From positions 1-64,000 of IMG/VR virus record IMGVR_UViG_3300005098_000013: a stretch of 64,000 nt of DNA; one strand, written 5' to 3'. The stretch is from a virus. The notes under the pieces are model-generated. The model did no database searches. It worked only from the letters and a program-made list of their open reading frames with translations, and was not told the origin of the DNA. Below are positions 1-9,921 of this stretch, piece after piece. A program made the position numbers and the translations under genes. The first letter of the stretch is position 1. Every line of letters begins with the position of its first letter.

Positions 1-352
1 CTTCTGCTTTCAGCCACTCTAAGCCACAGCCTAGGCCCCCTCTCACACCATTTTCCACTGCTCAAGCCATTGCTTCGGCCACTTCGACTTGGCCCCTAGG
101 CTTCTTTTTTGCTTGCCACCGCGCCTTAGGCCCCCTTCCTCAACCATAAAAGTCACCAAAGCTTGACCCTATGCCCCCTCTCATTTGCAAAAGGCCAGCT
201 TCTTCCAAAAAAATTGGACACTTGCCGCTTAAGAGAAGGCCAAAATTCAAAAAATTGGTTGCCTTTCCGCTAAGAGAAGCACCAGAACTGACTAAGTTGC
301 AAGGTTCACTTAGCCATTCGCCTAAGAGAAGCACCTAATTGGCCTTTCAGTT

Positions 353-685
353 TCAGAAAACCTTCCTATACCGAAGAGGAACAGTGTGACTCCTCTTCCT
401 TCTCTTCTGTTTAGGCAGATACAGGTAGTTTGACTTCTGTATTTCATATTCGGATGCTTTGTGCAGCCATTCAATAGCCAAAACCTTTCCCTCTAAGCCG
501 CCACCCATGTCCTGAACAAGCTTTTCCCAAGTTTCTTTCAGAAAAGGATGGTCTTCGAGGAATGCTTCATACACAAAGTCTGGATATACTCCCCAGTCTC
601 CCACCGAAAACGGCCCTGCTTCCTTCTCATACCTCGGATACCACTCTTCAAACTTCCTGACCAACGTGTCGAGTCTATATTTCAT
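353..685 (-). CDS. Hypothetical protein with Arg/Lys-rich C-terminus
   Basis: Protein-like ORF; start moved to MKYRL because the upstream part overlaps a repeat; C-term PKQKRRKRSH. Confidence 0.55.
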   Translation of the reverse strand: MKYRLDTLVRKFEEWYPRYEKEAGPFSVGDWGVYPDFVYEAFLEDHPFLKETWEKLVQDMGGGLEGKVLAIEWLHKASEYEIQKSNYLYLPKQKRRKRSHTVPLRYRKVF

Positions 686-719
686 TTCTAAATTTAAAAA
701 GGACGTGGTCGATGACATC

Positions 720-956
720 TGTCTCAAAACTACACAAAAATAACACACCTTCACTTTTCATATTATTAATACTTAATAATAATTTTTCAGTCATGTCTTT
801 GTCAGTATGTCTCAAAAATATGCAAAAACACTACACCCACGTATCTTCTATTATTATTGCTTAATAATAATTCTTTCTAATCGTGTTTTTAAAGTATTAT
901 TATTCAATAATAATGCAAAAAGGGCGGGTGTGTTGTTTTGCGCTACTTTTAAGACA
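720..956. repeat. Three ~30-bp imperfect repeats (720-749 and 808-838 direct, 927-956 inverted) separated by TATTATT/AATAATA-rich spacers; origin-like
   Basis: Consensus TGTCTYAAAANTANNCAAAANNACACC seen in sequence. Confidence 0.65.
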
Positions 957-1220
957 CAAGACATTCACTTCGAGGTCCCTCACACTGCTACCTGAGACAA
1001 AGGCAGAACTCAAATGTCATTAGCCTAGGCCCCCTCTCTCGAAGCTTCAAGGCTCAGTAATCGCTGACTTACAAATCCTTAGGCTCAAGGCTCAGTAATC
1101 AAAAATTCATAAGGCTAAGGTTCACGTGGCCATAGCCTAAGGTTCACGTAGCCTTCAGCTAAGAGAAGGCCTCGAGAAGCATCTAGCCTAAGGCCCCCTC
1201 TCTCAAACTTTCAAACTTCA

Positions 1221-1256
1221 GTGGTACAAGTGGTACAAGTGGTACAAGTGGTACTA
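1221..1256 (+). repeat. Tandem 9-mer (GTGGTACAA)x3 plus GTGGTACTA
   Basis: Seen directly. Confidence 0.9.
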
Positions 1257-1544
1257 GTCTTTCAATACTTTTTGTTGCTTCAGGACTCTTCGGTACTCTT
1301 TGTCTAAAAGCACTTCAGGGTCCTTCAAGTGCAGAACCTCCAACGCTGCCTTCCGGACATCCTGGTAGGTCCGGTGCAGATGGGCAGCACAGTAGTAAGG
1401 GCCCTCCTGGTACCAATGTTCCTCCAGGAAGGTCAGCTCCTTCTGGTCCCACAATACATTATGGAATGTGCGGGCACCATACACCTTCAGCTTGTCCTTC
1501 TCCTTCTGGAGGTTCTTGAAGTAATGGGATCTCAATACATTCAC
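1254..1544 (-). CDS. Hypothetical protein with Myb/SANT-like repeat (W..EL.FL..HW...A..L.RT...V)
   Basis: AGGAGGTGA SD upstream; Myb-like pattern. Confidence 0.6.
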   Translation of the reverse strand: MNVLRSHYFKNLQKEKDKLKVYGARTFHNVLWDQKELTFLEEHWYQEGPYYCAAHLHRTYQDVRKAALEVLHLKDPEVLLDKEYRRVLKQQKVLKD

Positions 1545-1740
1545 CTCCTTCTGTTGCTTCTATACATTACGGTCATCATATAGCTTCTGCTCCTACCAAA
1601 CCTCCTGTTTACAATACACATAAGAGACGCACCAGAAGTGCTTGTATGCGTGATGCTACCATACCTACCAGACTTAAGATAATCAGTAATCCGAATTTTA
1701 ACCGCCCCGTGATTGCTCACATTTCAGATATATCCAGTTT

Positions 1741-1792
1741 CGAATATATCCCTTTTAAGCTACTTCCCGAATATATCCCTTTTAAGCTACTT
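1741..1792 (+). repeat. Exact 25-bp direct repeat CGAATATATCCCTTTTAAGCTACTT x2 (1741-1765, 1768-1792); each contains a TATA-like TTTTAAG
   Basis: Seen directly. Confidence 0.9.
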
Positions 1793-2104
1793 TATGGATA
1801 CGTCACTCCCACAGCTCCATAGAAGCATGAAAAGAAAGCTCTAAGGAATTAAGAAGAAAGCAAGAATATAATTCACCATAGCTTCTAATCTTAGCCTTAC
1901 CTCAATCGAGTCCAATAAGCTATTGCAAACGTTCCTAAGTTCGTGGCTCTGAAGGTTTGAAGGCCAAGCGATACATTCGATTAGGCGAAGTTGCATTAGA
2001 TTTATATATAATTAAAGTGAAGTTCAGAAGGTTCGGCTTAATCGACTAGCCGGTGCCAATGAGAAAGAACGCTGGCCTTAGTCGCATTATTCCCCATCAT
2101 TAAG

Positions 2105-2135
2105 TATTTAAATATATAAAATATATATTTAAATA
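2105..2135. promoter_or_regulatory. Perfect AT-only inverted repeat TATTTAAATATATA-AAA-TATATATTTAAATA upstream of the early gene block; candidate promoter/operator
   Basis: Palindrome seen; contains TATA-box-like sequence; position before first + strand ORFs. Confidence 0.5.
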
Positions 2136-2263
2136 AAAAAAAAATAAAAATATAGGAGGAATGAAGGAATGAAAGAACAAATAAATTATATAATAAATAA
2201 TAAAAGGTTGCAACATGAAATTATAATGCTGTTCGAAATAATAAAGAACAGGAGGAATGAAAA

Positions 2264-2536
2264 ATGAAAGAAATGGAAGAATGGAGACAGACAGTTGCAT
2301 ACTATAATGAAATAAGGGTATGCAAGGTGCCTAAAACGCATGAGGAAGTAATAACAGAGGAGGAGTGGAATGACTACGTACCGAAGGAAGCGAAAAAAGT
2401 AGGACACAAGGTATTATGTGGGTTCATAGTAATACCGGATCCTGCAAAAAAGAAGAAAGTAGTAAAGGAGAGAGTGGAGAGAAGCCAGGTAAAAGCTGTA
2501 AGATTGAGTAGAGGAATGAAAATAGCAGGAATGTAG
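2264..2536 (+). CDS. Hypothetical protein
   Basis: AGGAGG SD, typical composition. Confidence 0.7.
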   Translation: MKEMEEWRQTVAYYNEIRVCKVPKTHEEVITEEEWNDYVPKEAKKVGHKVLCGFIVIPDPAKKKKVVKERVERSQVKAVRLSRGMKIAGM

Positions 2537-2549
2537 GAGAAGAAGAAAA

Positions 2550-2792
2550 ATGAGTATAGAAACAAAAAAGACTGAATCGATAGTAAAACTGGTACCTGAA
2601 AACGAACGAAATGAAGCAAGAAAGACTTTTGTATATGTTTTTAATGGAGGCGGAGCGATTCAAGTAGGAATCATTGAAGGGAACGAAGAATTTAGTACAG
2701 CTGTAAATAGGGATGGTAGTTTCTATTTCGTAGACAATTATGAAGACTATGAAACAGGAACAATTATGACAGAAGGAGAAGTATGGGCTTAA
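2550..2792 (+). CDS. Hypothetical protein
   Basis: SD, packed ORF. Confidence 0.7.
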   Translation: MSIETKKTESIVKLVPENERNEARKTFVYVFNGGGAIQVGIIEGNEEFSTAVNRDGSFYFVDNYEDYETGTIMTEGEVWA

Positions 2793-3042
2793 GTAAAAAA
2801 AAAGGAGAAAAAAAAATGGAAGAAAAGAAAGAAAAGCCGGTTGAAGTATGGTATAGTAAGAAAGACATTGAAATATATGTCGACGAGAGAGTGTACGAAC
2901 AAATGAAGGGCTTTGTAGAAGGACTAGAGGAGATAGAAGATGTAAAGGGAGGTTTAAGTAAACATCTTGTAGGAAGGCCAAAAGTAATTATATGGACAAA
3001 CGAATACATAGAAGAATAAGAAGAAGAGAGGAATAAGAGAAA

Positions 3043-3441
3043 ATGAATGAAACAGAGAAAGTAAAATTGATGTTAAGTATACCGATAGATTACGGAGGAA
3101 GAAAGTGGAAAGAAGTGTATAGAGAAGGAATGAAAGCAGGAGATTTGAAAGGAATGACAGCCAGCACAAAGCCAATAAAGAATGGAAGGAGAGAAAATGT
3201 AGAAGAGGTGTTGTTATGTCAAAAGACGCCGTTTGTGTTATTAGATGATGAAACTGATGAAGTTTTAGAACAGATGATAGTGGAGTTTGAGAAGGATGAA
3301 AAGGAAGTGTATGTAGATTGGGACAGTTCTGATTATGGAATGTATGTAAAGGAAATAAGAAAGAAGGAGATTGTAAAGATACATTATGTAAGAAACGAAG
3401 AAGATATAAGAAAGCTGATGGTTCAAACAAATGAAAAATGA
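3043..3441 (+). CDS. Paralog family A member 1 (possible degenerate ADP-ribosyltransferase/KptA-like fold)
   Basis: Shares REG.KAG, LLCQ.TPF, VEF.K..E.YVD.D, YVKEI.K.EIV with 3550-3972. Confidence 0.7.
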   Translation: MNETEKVKLMLSIPIDYGGRKWKEVYREGMKAGDLKGMTASTKPIKNGRRENVEEVLLCQKTPFVLLDDETDEVLEQMIVEFEKDEKEVYVDWDSSDYGMYVKEIRKKEIVKIHYVRNEEDIRKLMVQTNEK

Positions 3442-3447
3442 GGAAAG

Positions 3448-3536
3448 GAAGCCTGAACAAATTAGCTAAGAGAAGCGCTACAAAAGGAATTGGCATGAAG
3501 CTACTCGAAAATAATGAGTAGAAGGTTTAGGAGGTG
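3448..3536 (+). repeat. 89-bp exact direct repeat, copy 1 (leader cassette ending in SD)
   Basis: Identical to 4561-4649. Confidence 0.95.
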
Positions 3537-3549
3537 TGAAAAAGAAGGA

Positions 3550-3972
3550 ATGAAAAAACAAACAAATAAAGAAGGAACAAATGTAGTAAAAACGATGTAT
3601 ATAACTTTGAGGAACGATGAGTGGAATGAAGGAATGAGAGAAGGAATAAAAGCAGGGGAAATAGAAATGACGGCAAACGGAGAAAAAGCGCTGCTATGTC
3701 AAACGATGCCGTTTATAATAAATGACGAATTGTTGGATTGTGTAGTAATGGAGTTCAGAAAACGGAAAGACGAAATATATGTAGATTATGACGATTTCGG
3801 AACAATAGAACAAACGGAAACTGGAGTAAAGAAGGAAGAAGTCAAAACGTTTGCTGATCTGAATGTAGAGGAGTTTGAAGCGAAGTACGAATTGTTAGGG
3901 GCGTATGTGAAGGAAATAAAGAAAGGGGAGATAGTAAACGTACGATATATGAAGGAGGAAGATTGGGAATGA
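3550..3972 (+). CDS. Paralog family A member 2
   Basis: Start set at ATG after the GGAGGTG of the 89-bp repeat; clear similarity to 3043-3441. Confidence 0.7.
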   Translation: MKKQTNKEGTNVVKTMYITLRNDEWNEGMREGIKAGEIEMTANGEKALLCQTMPFIINDELLDCVVMEFRKRKDEIYVDYDDFGTIEQTETGVKKEEVKTFADLNVEEFEAKYELLGAYVKEIKKGEIVNVRYMKEEDWE

Positions 3973-4493
3973 ATGAAGACGAAAAGAAAGAAATAATAAG
4001 GAAGTATTTTAGGAAGAACAAAAGGAAGACAAAGCTAGACATAGGATCGGCCGAAGGAGCGTATGATCCGGAAGACGATAGCTGGCTGAAGATAGATATA
4101 AACAAAGCAGAAGAGAGTATGGGAGGCAAAGTAGATTTGATAGTAGACGCGCATAATCTGAGCTGTTTTGAAGACGAAAGTTTCGACGAGATCTGGTCTG
4201 GAGCATGTTTGGTTTGTTATACGAGAGACGAAGCTGTAAAAGAAGCGGCGAGGATATTGAAAGAAGATGGAAAAATGACAATAAGAATACAGATGCCATA
4301 CTTAGGAAGATTGATAAGATGTTTGTATGAGAATAGTATGTTTGTAGAAAGTATTGAGGAATTGAATTATGATCAGGCTAAGGGAAAAGGAGAAGTTTAT
4401 AAAGATGAGCTGAGCGAAGTAATTGTAGCTGCAAAGAAAGGAGAAAGTAGTTGGAAGGGTATGAGTGAAGAACCTCAGCTGTATGATGAGTAA
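3963..4493 (+). CDS. Class I SAM-dependent methyltransferase
   Basis: LDIGSAEG motif I, DAHNL..FEDESFDEI, EAARILKEDG. Confidence 0.8.
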   Translation: MGMNEDEKKEIIRKYFRKNKRKTKLDIGSAEGAYDPEDDSWLKIDINKAEESMGGKVDLIVDAHNLSCFEDESFDEIWSGACLVCYTRDEAVKEAARILKEDGKMTIRIQMPYLGRLIRCLYENSMFVESIEELNYDQAKGKGEVYKDELSEVIVAAKKGESSWKGMSEEPQLYDE

Positions 4494-4560
4494 AGCAAAA
4501 AAAAAAAAAGAAAGATTGAAATAAAGAATGTAGGAGTGAGAGATGAACGAAATAAAGAAA

Positions 4561-4649
4561 GAAGCCTGAACAAATTAGCTAAGAGAAGCGCTACAAAAGG
4601 AATTGGCATGAAGCTACTCGAAAATAATGAGTAGAAGGTTTAGGAGGTG
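4561..4649 (+). repeat. 89-bp exact direct repeat, copy 2
   Basis: Identical to 3448-3536; precedes ORF 4663-4845. Confidence 0.95.
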
Positions 4650-4982
4650 AAAAGAAAAAATAATGAATGAAAATAGAACCTTAGTTGAAGTGGAAAACGT
4701 AAGCTCCAGCAGATATAGCTGGAGCTTGACTAATGAAGAAATAGACAGGGAAGTAAAGAAGTGTGAAGGAGAAAGAAGACCTCTTGGTATATATAGAGGA
4801 AAGAAAGAAACCATTGTTGTATGGGAGGAGAGAAGCTTAGACTAAAGTAAGAAAGTTTAGGAGAAGATAGGAAAGAATGAATGAAAGGCAAGCAGCAATG
4901 ATGCGAAGAGCAGCAGAGTTGTTAGATAGGATGAGTAAAGTGCGAAGGTTGTTGAAGGCTATAAAGGAGGAGAGAAGAAGGA

Positions 4983-5438
4983 ATGAACAAAACAAATAGA
5001 GTGATTAGGGAAGGACAGAAAGGTAGAACAAAATGGAAGCAGTATGAGAACGGGTTTGTAGAGAGAGAGTATATAGAACCTAGTGAGTTCGGAGGAAGGA
5101 AACCAAGCGTGAGTGGCCATTATAGAGTAGGAGTAGAGGAGCTGACCAGACAGTATTTGGAGGAAAGGAAAAATGAGTACTTTAGCTTAGAACAACTATA
5201 CTATGCAATAGGAGCAGCGAAGAAGATGAGCTTCAGGGAGTATAAGAAGAGGATGGATTGGGTAATATGGAAACGTAGAGTATTGAAGGAAAGATATTGG
5301 GAAGAAGGAAGCGGCTTGAGTAGAACAAAGACTAAGACGATACGAGAGACGAGAGGAGTTTTTCAGGTGCTTCAAGATAGCGCAGGTCAAGTGTACTTAG
5401 CAGATAGAAGGTTTGAATTAGAGAAGTTAGAATGTTAG
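4983..5438 (+). CDS. Hypothetical protein, possible winged helix
   Basis: SD, packed ORF. Confidence 0.65.
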   Translation: MNKTNRVIREGQKGRTKWKQYENGFVEREYIEPSEFGGRKPSVSGHYRVGVEELTRQYLEERKNEYFSLEQLYYAIGAAKKMSFREYKKRMDWVIWKRRVLKERYWEEGSGLSRTKTKTIRETRGVFQVLQDSAGQVYLADRRFELEKLEC

Positions 5439-5454
5439 GGGGTGAAAAGGATAA

Positions 5455-5922
5455 ATGAAATATTTGTTAAGACTCGAATCTCAAGGCAGAAGAACTGAAA
5501 AATACAGAAGAGAATCATGTGCATTGCCTAACAGCTGGAGAATGATTGTGGATGCTGCAAATGAAAAAGAAGCGTTGCAAAAAGCATTTAGTAAAGGAGA
5601 ACCCAACCCGTTTGAGTTTAAGAATGATGAGAAGTTTAATATTGAAGTTGCAGAAATGTCAGGCTACGGACACCACGGAGATATAAGAATTTTCGATGTT
5701 TTAGTAGACATTCGGTGGGGTGATCGTTTCTGGATGCACGCGTTTACTGTTGAGATGACAAAAATGGAAAACATACCAGTTGTGGATAGGATAGAAGGAG
5801 GATGCAATGTTGCTGTGTTTAAGGAATATGATAGAGAAGCAGCAAAGAAAGCGGATGAAAGATCCGAAAAGATATTGAAAGAGGCAACAAAAGGAACAGA
5901 TGGTTGGATGATAGTAGAGTAG
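5455..5922 (+). CDS. Hypothetical protein
   Basis: GGGGTGA SD. Confidence 0.7.
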   Translation: MKYLLRLESQGRRTEKYRRESCALPNSWRMIVDAANEKEALQKAFSKGEPNPFEFKNDEKFNIEVAEMSGYGHHGDIRIFDVLVDIRWGDRFWMHAFTVEMTKMENIPVVDRIEGGCNVAVFKEYDREAAKKADERSEKILKEATKGTDGWMIVE

Positions 5923-6329
5923 ATATGTTCACCTTGCCGCTAGGAGAAGAAAAGGATGTATGAACCGAAGATAAGAAAGGGTGTGAGAGGTAGCGCATTA
6001 GACATGTGCTGCCTAAGTGAAAGTATGGTAGACAGGGCTGTCTTTAATGCATGTACAGAAGTAGTACTAGGAAGAGAAGTGAGAACAGACGAAGAGTTTA
6101 GTAAGGTAGCAGAGTGGAAAACAGAAAGAGAAGATAGGATAGTAGAGGCACTAGAGAAGTTTGGGTTGATTGATGTAAACAAGGAAAAGGAGTTAGTGAA
6201 GCTAGAACGTTTTGTAAAGGGAAAATTAAAGGAGGAGTAAAGAATGGGATTCGAAGTGACGTGGGGAGGAACTTTTGAAGAATTTGAAAAGAAGTTTGGA
6301 GAAGTTAGAAGGTTAGGAGGTAAAAAAGA

Positions 6330-6770
6330 ATGGAAGAAATGAAAGAAAGATTTGAGAAGGGAGTGTTGAACAGACTAGATGCAGGTCAAATAGAGCAGAT
6401 GTTCGAAGGAGCGGGGCTGAGAGAGAAGCAATGGGAAGATTGTGATGCAAGCGACGTGTACGCGATGCTAAAGTATTTGCGGGGTGTGAAGGAGTTACAA
6501 GGAGAGCCTATATGGGATGAGTTGAAAGCAGCAATAGATGAAGCGGAGAAAGCAGATGCATGCTGGAAAATAAGCGATGAAGAGATAGGGGACTATATGT
6601 GTTGCTTCCCATATGCAGGTTATCCGAAGAAGTTAAGTAAGTTTGTGAAGGAGCATGTGAAGGACGAGTTTGAACAAGACGAAGTGATAAATGAATTGAT
6701 TGCAGAAGTGCTGAGTTGGTGGCAGAAAGATTGGAACGCTGGATACATAAAGATGGGAAGCCTGTGCTAG
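6330..6770 (+). CDS. Hypothetical protein
   Basis: AGGAGGT SD. Confidence 0.7.
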   Translation: MEEMKERFEKGVLNRLDAGQIEQMFEGAGLREKQWEDCDASDVYAMLKYLRGVKELQGEPIWDELKAAIDEAEKADACWKISDEEIGDYMCCFPYAGYPKKLSKFVKEHVKDEFEQDEVINELIAEVLSWWQKDWNAGYIKMGSLC

Positions 6771-6785
6771 TTGTATAGATGAAGA

Positions 6786-6820
6786 ACATTAGAAGCACCT
6801 CAGAGTAGGACTTCTAATGT
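6786..6820 (+). promoter_or_regulatory. Conserved-loop hairpin copy 1: ACATTAGAAG-CACCTCAGAGTAGGA-CTTCTAATGT
   Basis: 10-bp perfect stem, intergenic. Confidence 0.85.
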
Positions 6821-7003
6821 ATCAGCCAAGAAAAAAGACTGTAGGAGAAGAGAATATGGAAGAAGGTAGTTTTGTATTTTATAAAGAAGTAATGGAAGTA
6901 GTTCGGAAACACAGAGAAGAGATTGGCAAGTCGATGGAAGAACCTTTGGATGATGAAGAGTTAGAGATGGTCTTAGATAAAGGAAAGGAGATAAGAAAGA
7001 GAA

Positions 7004-7702
7004 ATGGAAAAGAATAGGATAAGTATGCAAGTAAGCATACCGGAAGAGTTAATAGAGGAGTTCGGCGGCATATACGAAGTATTGAACAAAGGAGTAGACA
7101 AAAGATACAATGATTTGGATTGCGAGTTTGAAGAATGTGTGTTGTGCAGCTTGTCTCAGTTTGCAGACACAATATACGAAGAAGAAGGGCAAGAAGATAG
7201 ATTGAAGAAAATAGCAAAAGCGTACGGTTGTTCAGAAGACGTAATTCTGAAAGCAGGATATTTGACTGGCATAGGAAACAAGTGGTGGAATGTTGAGTTC
7301 GAATGTGATGTGAGAGATTTGCATATTGACCCGGATCAGTTTGATGATTCGGTAAGTTGCTGTGGTTTTTATGTAAAGAAGGTTAAACCGGAATGGATCA
7401 CAGCTGCTTTCTTAATTGAATGGAACGATGAGGAGAGGCTAGTTTTGCACAACGAAATAATAATTGGTGAAGAAGTAAGAATGAAACGGATGAAGAAAGG
7501 GGTGAAGTCAACAATGAACTGCAAAGGTGTTTGGGATGAAATACGGAGGATAAAAGCAAAAGGGGTTGATACTAGCAAATTGGAAGAAGAGTTCGATCGT
7601 TTTGAACAAGGATGGGTGGAACACGTTGTAGATTGGCACAGCGCAGATACTTTATGGAGAGACGAGGAAAAAGTAGCGGCTGCTACAATAGGAAACAAAT
7701 GA
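7004..7702 (+). CDS. Paralog family A distant member 3, possibly fused to a second small gene
   Basis: MQVSIP, CVLCS, VEFECD..LHIDPD, FYVKKVKPEWI align with family A. Confidence 0.6.
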   Translation: MEKNRISMQVSIPEELIEEFGGIYEVLNKGVDKRYNDLDCEFEECVLCSLSQFADTIYEEEGQEDRLKKIAKAYGCSEDVILKAGYLTGIGNKWWNVEFECDVRDLHIDPDQFDDSVSCCGFYVKKVKPEWITAAFLIEWNDEERLVLHNEIIIGEEVRMKRMKKGVKSTMNCKGVWDEIRRIKAKGVDTSKLEEEFDRFEQGWVEHVVDWHSADTLWRDEEKVAAATIGNK

Positions 7703-8145
7703 TGATGGACATGTGTGACGTTTGTGGAGAAGTGTTTGATGCGAATAAAGAAGGAGTGGTGCTTGAAAGAGAAGGAAAAAGAGTTGCCTATTGTGAAAAG
7801 CATATGGAAGAAGGCTTTGCAGAAGTGCTTAGAGAAATAGGTTTTGAAGTAAAGAAGCTTTAGGAGGTGAGAAGAAATGGAAAAGAAAAAAGCAAGTGAA
7901 TTGGAAGATCAAGAAGTCGGAGCAGGTTATGTATACTGGAGTAGTATGTACGAAGACCTACTGGAGATGGTTGTAGAGTACCTTGGTGAAGTTGAACACG
8001 CCGGAATAAAACCTAGCGCTGGTGAAGTATCATCAAGTGTAGTTGAAGACGTAGGAGAGTTTGTAGATACCAGAAAGAGGATGCTCAGAAAGGATTTTTT
8101 AGAGTATTGGAACGAAAACGTTTGAGGTCTCCGAAAAGCAAGGCG

Positions 8146-8178
8146 CTGCTAAAGCACCTCAGAGTAGGACTTTAGCAG
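8146..8178 (+). promoter_or_regulatory. Conserved-loop hairpin copy 2: CTGCTAAAG-CACCTCAGAGTAGGA-CTTTAGCAG
   Basis: 9-bp perfect stem, intergenic, just before SD. Confidence 0.85.
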
Positions 8179-9473
8179 AATGGAGGTGAGAAAAGAATGA
8201 AAGAAGATAAGGAGAGAATGGAAGAAGACAGAAATTTTTTTGAGAGGATAGAGGAATATAGAGAAGACGAAAAGCCAACTGAAGAGGAGATTAGAACAAC
8301 GGAAAAGGTTCTGAAGTATGCAGCGCAATGCAATTACATAGGTTTCAGTACAGAAGATGCGATAGATGTAATGCAAAGAAGCACAAATATTCTCAAGTGG
8401 AATTTTGGATACTGGGGGAAAAAGAAGAATGATAGGGGGAAACAGAGAAGTTGATGTATGACTTTCTGAAATGGTTAGCTGAGGAAAGTCACAAAGAACT
8501 TGAAAGAAGGAGCGAAGAATTAGGAGGTGTAATTGGAAGAAATGAAAAACGAAAGAACAATAGAGGTGCCGTATAGTGAAGCAGGCAGTTTGGAAGAGGC
8601 AGTGTGGAGATTAAGAGTACATGATGGAGAAGGTTGGTTCGATGCGGATAAGCAAGTGATGGTATTGGTAGAGTAGAGGTGAGAAAATATGAAAGAAGAA
8701 GAGTTAGAGATAGTGTATAAAGCAATAGAGGCACATGGAGACAGCTTTTGGAATGACCCTAGCGAAGGCAATGAGAAGGACGGAAACTGGAATGGATATT
8801 TGTTCGAAGAGATTCTGGATATGTTAGAGAAGGACGGCTATGAACTAAAGTTAGTAAAGAAGCACGAAAGAAAATAGAAAAAAAAAAGAAGATGAGGCAC
8901 GAAGAAATAGAATTGAAGGTGCTTGTTAAGGTGCACATAGATGATTCGAACGAAGGTGAATTCGAAGACATAACTGATGAGTTTACCTTTTTTGAAGGGA
9001 TAGCAATAGCTTATCTTGTGCGGCAAGCCTTAACGAGAGATAAAATGGAAAATGAAAGACTATGGGAAACATAAAAAAAAATTAGGAGGAGAACAGATTA
9101 TGATAGAAATAATAATAGCGGTTGGGATTCCGCTGTTTCTATTCGGAATGCTAATAGGACTGGCAATTGGACAACATAGTGTATGGAAAGGTTTGAGAAG
9201 GGATAGAGAGGTAGTAATAGACAATTGGAAATATACAGCTGATCTAATAGAGAAGGAGTGAAGACTATGGGAAAAATAAGAGGAAACGGATTGAGCGTTG
9301 CTTTGGAAGCGAAAAGGCTAGGTAAAGTGCTTGAACTGACAGAAGTTGAGACGTTAGGTGAAGGCGTAGTTGATGAGCTAAGAGAGCTGGAAAGCACAAT
9401 TGATGCAGTAGTGCAAAGCTGGTATAGGTTAAGAGAAGAGGAACTTTGCAGGGAAGCATAGTGGAGAAGGTAA

Positions 9474-9506
9474 CTGTCAGAACACCTCAGAGAAGGATTC
9501 TGACAG
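9474..9506 (+). promoter_or_regulatory. Conserved-loop hairpin copy 3: CTGTCAGAA-CACCTCAGAGAAGGA-TTCTGACAG
   Basis: 9-bp perfect stem, intergenic. Confidence 0.85.
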
Positions 9507-9921
9507 CATTGCTTCCACTTAAAGGAAGCATAAAGAAACTAGGAGGAAAGAAATGGAAAAACTAAAGTGTGATAGATGCGGAACAGAATATAGTGACAAG
9601 GAGAGTATAGCAAGTGCAAAGGCACACGAAGAAGAATGGAAAAAGTTGTGCAGAAAAGATGGAGTAGAGCCAAGAGGCTTAGCACCGTGCCCGAACATAA
9701 CGTGCAGAGGAGAATTGCAATTGATAGAAGAGGCTTAGGGAAAATGGCAAGAGTTAGAATAGAAAACAAAAAGGAAGCGTACCAGGAAAAAGCAGAAGAG
9801 ATTGCACAGAGAAGGTATAGAAAGCGATTTGGAGAGTTGAGTGGTATACAGAAGGATGTAGTATATATGATGGCAGTAAAGTTGGTAAGAGAAGCAGAAG
9901 CTTTAGGAGGAAAGAAAAAGA

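Larger units (their letters stand above)
29..1204 (+). repeat. Mosaic of short dispersed repeats (CCT(A)AGGCCCCCTCTC, CTAAGAGAAG, AAGGTTCACNTRGCC, AAGGCTCAGTAATC)
   Basis: First motif at about 29, 123, 167, 1023, 1186; second at 229, 270, 322, 1159; third at 301, 1117, 1139; fourth at about 1049, 1087. Confidence 0.8.

Noticed and set aside
5928-5948. TTCACCT-TGCCGCT-AGGAGAA as a fifth conserved hairpin
   Set aside because: Loop differs and outer stem is only 3 bp; AGGAG is explained as an SD
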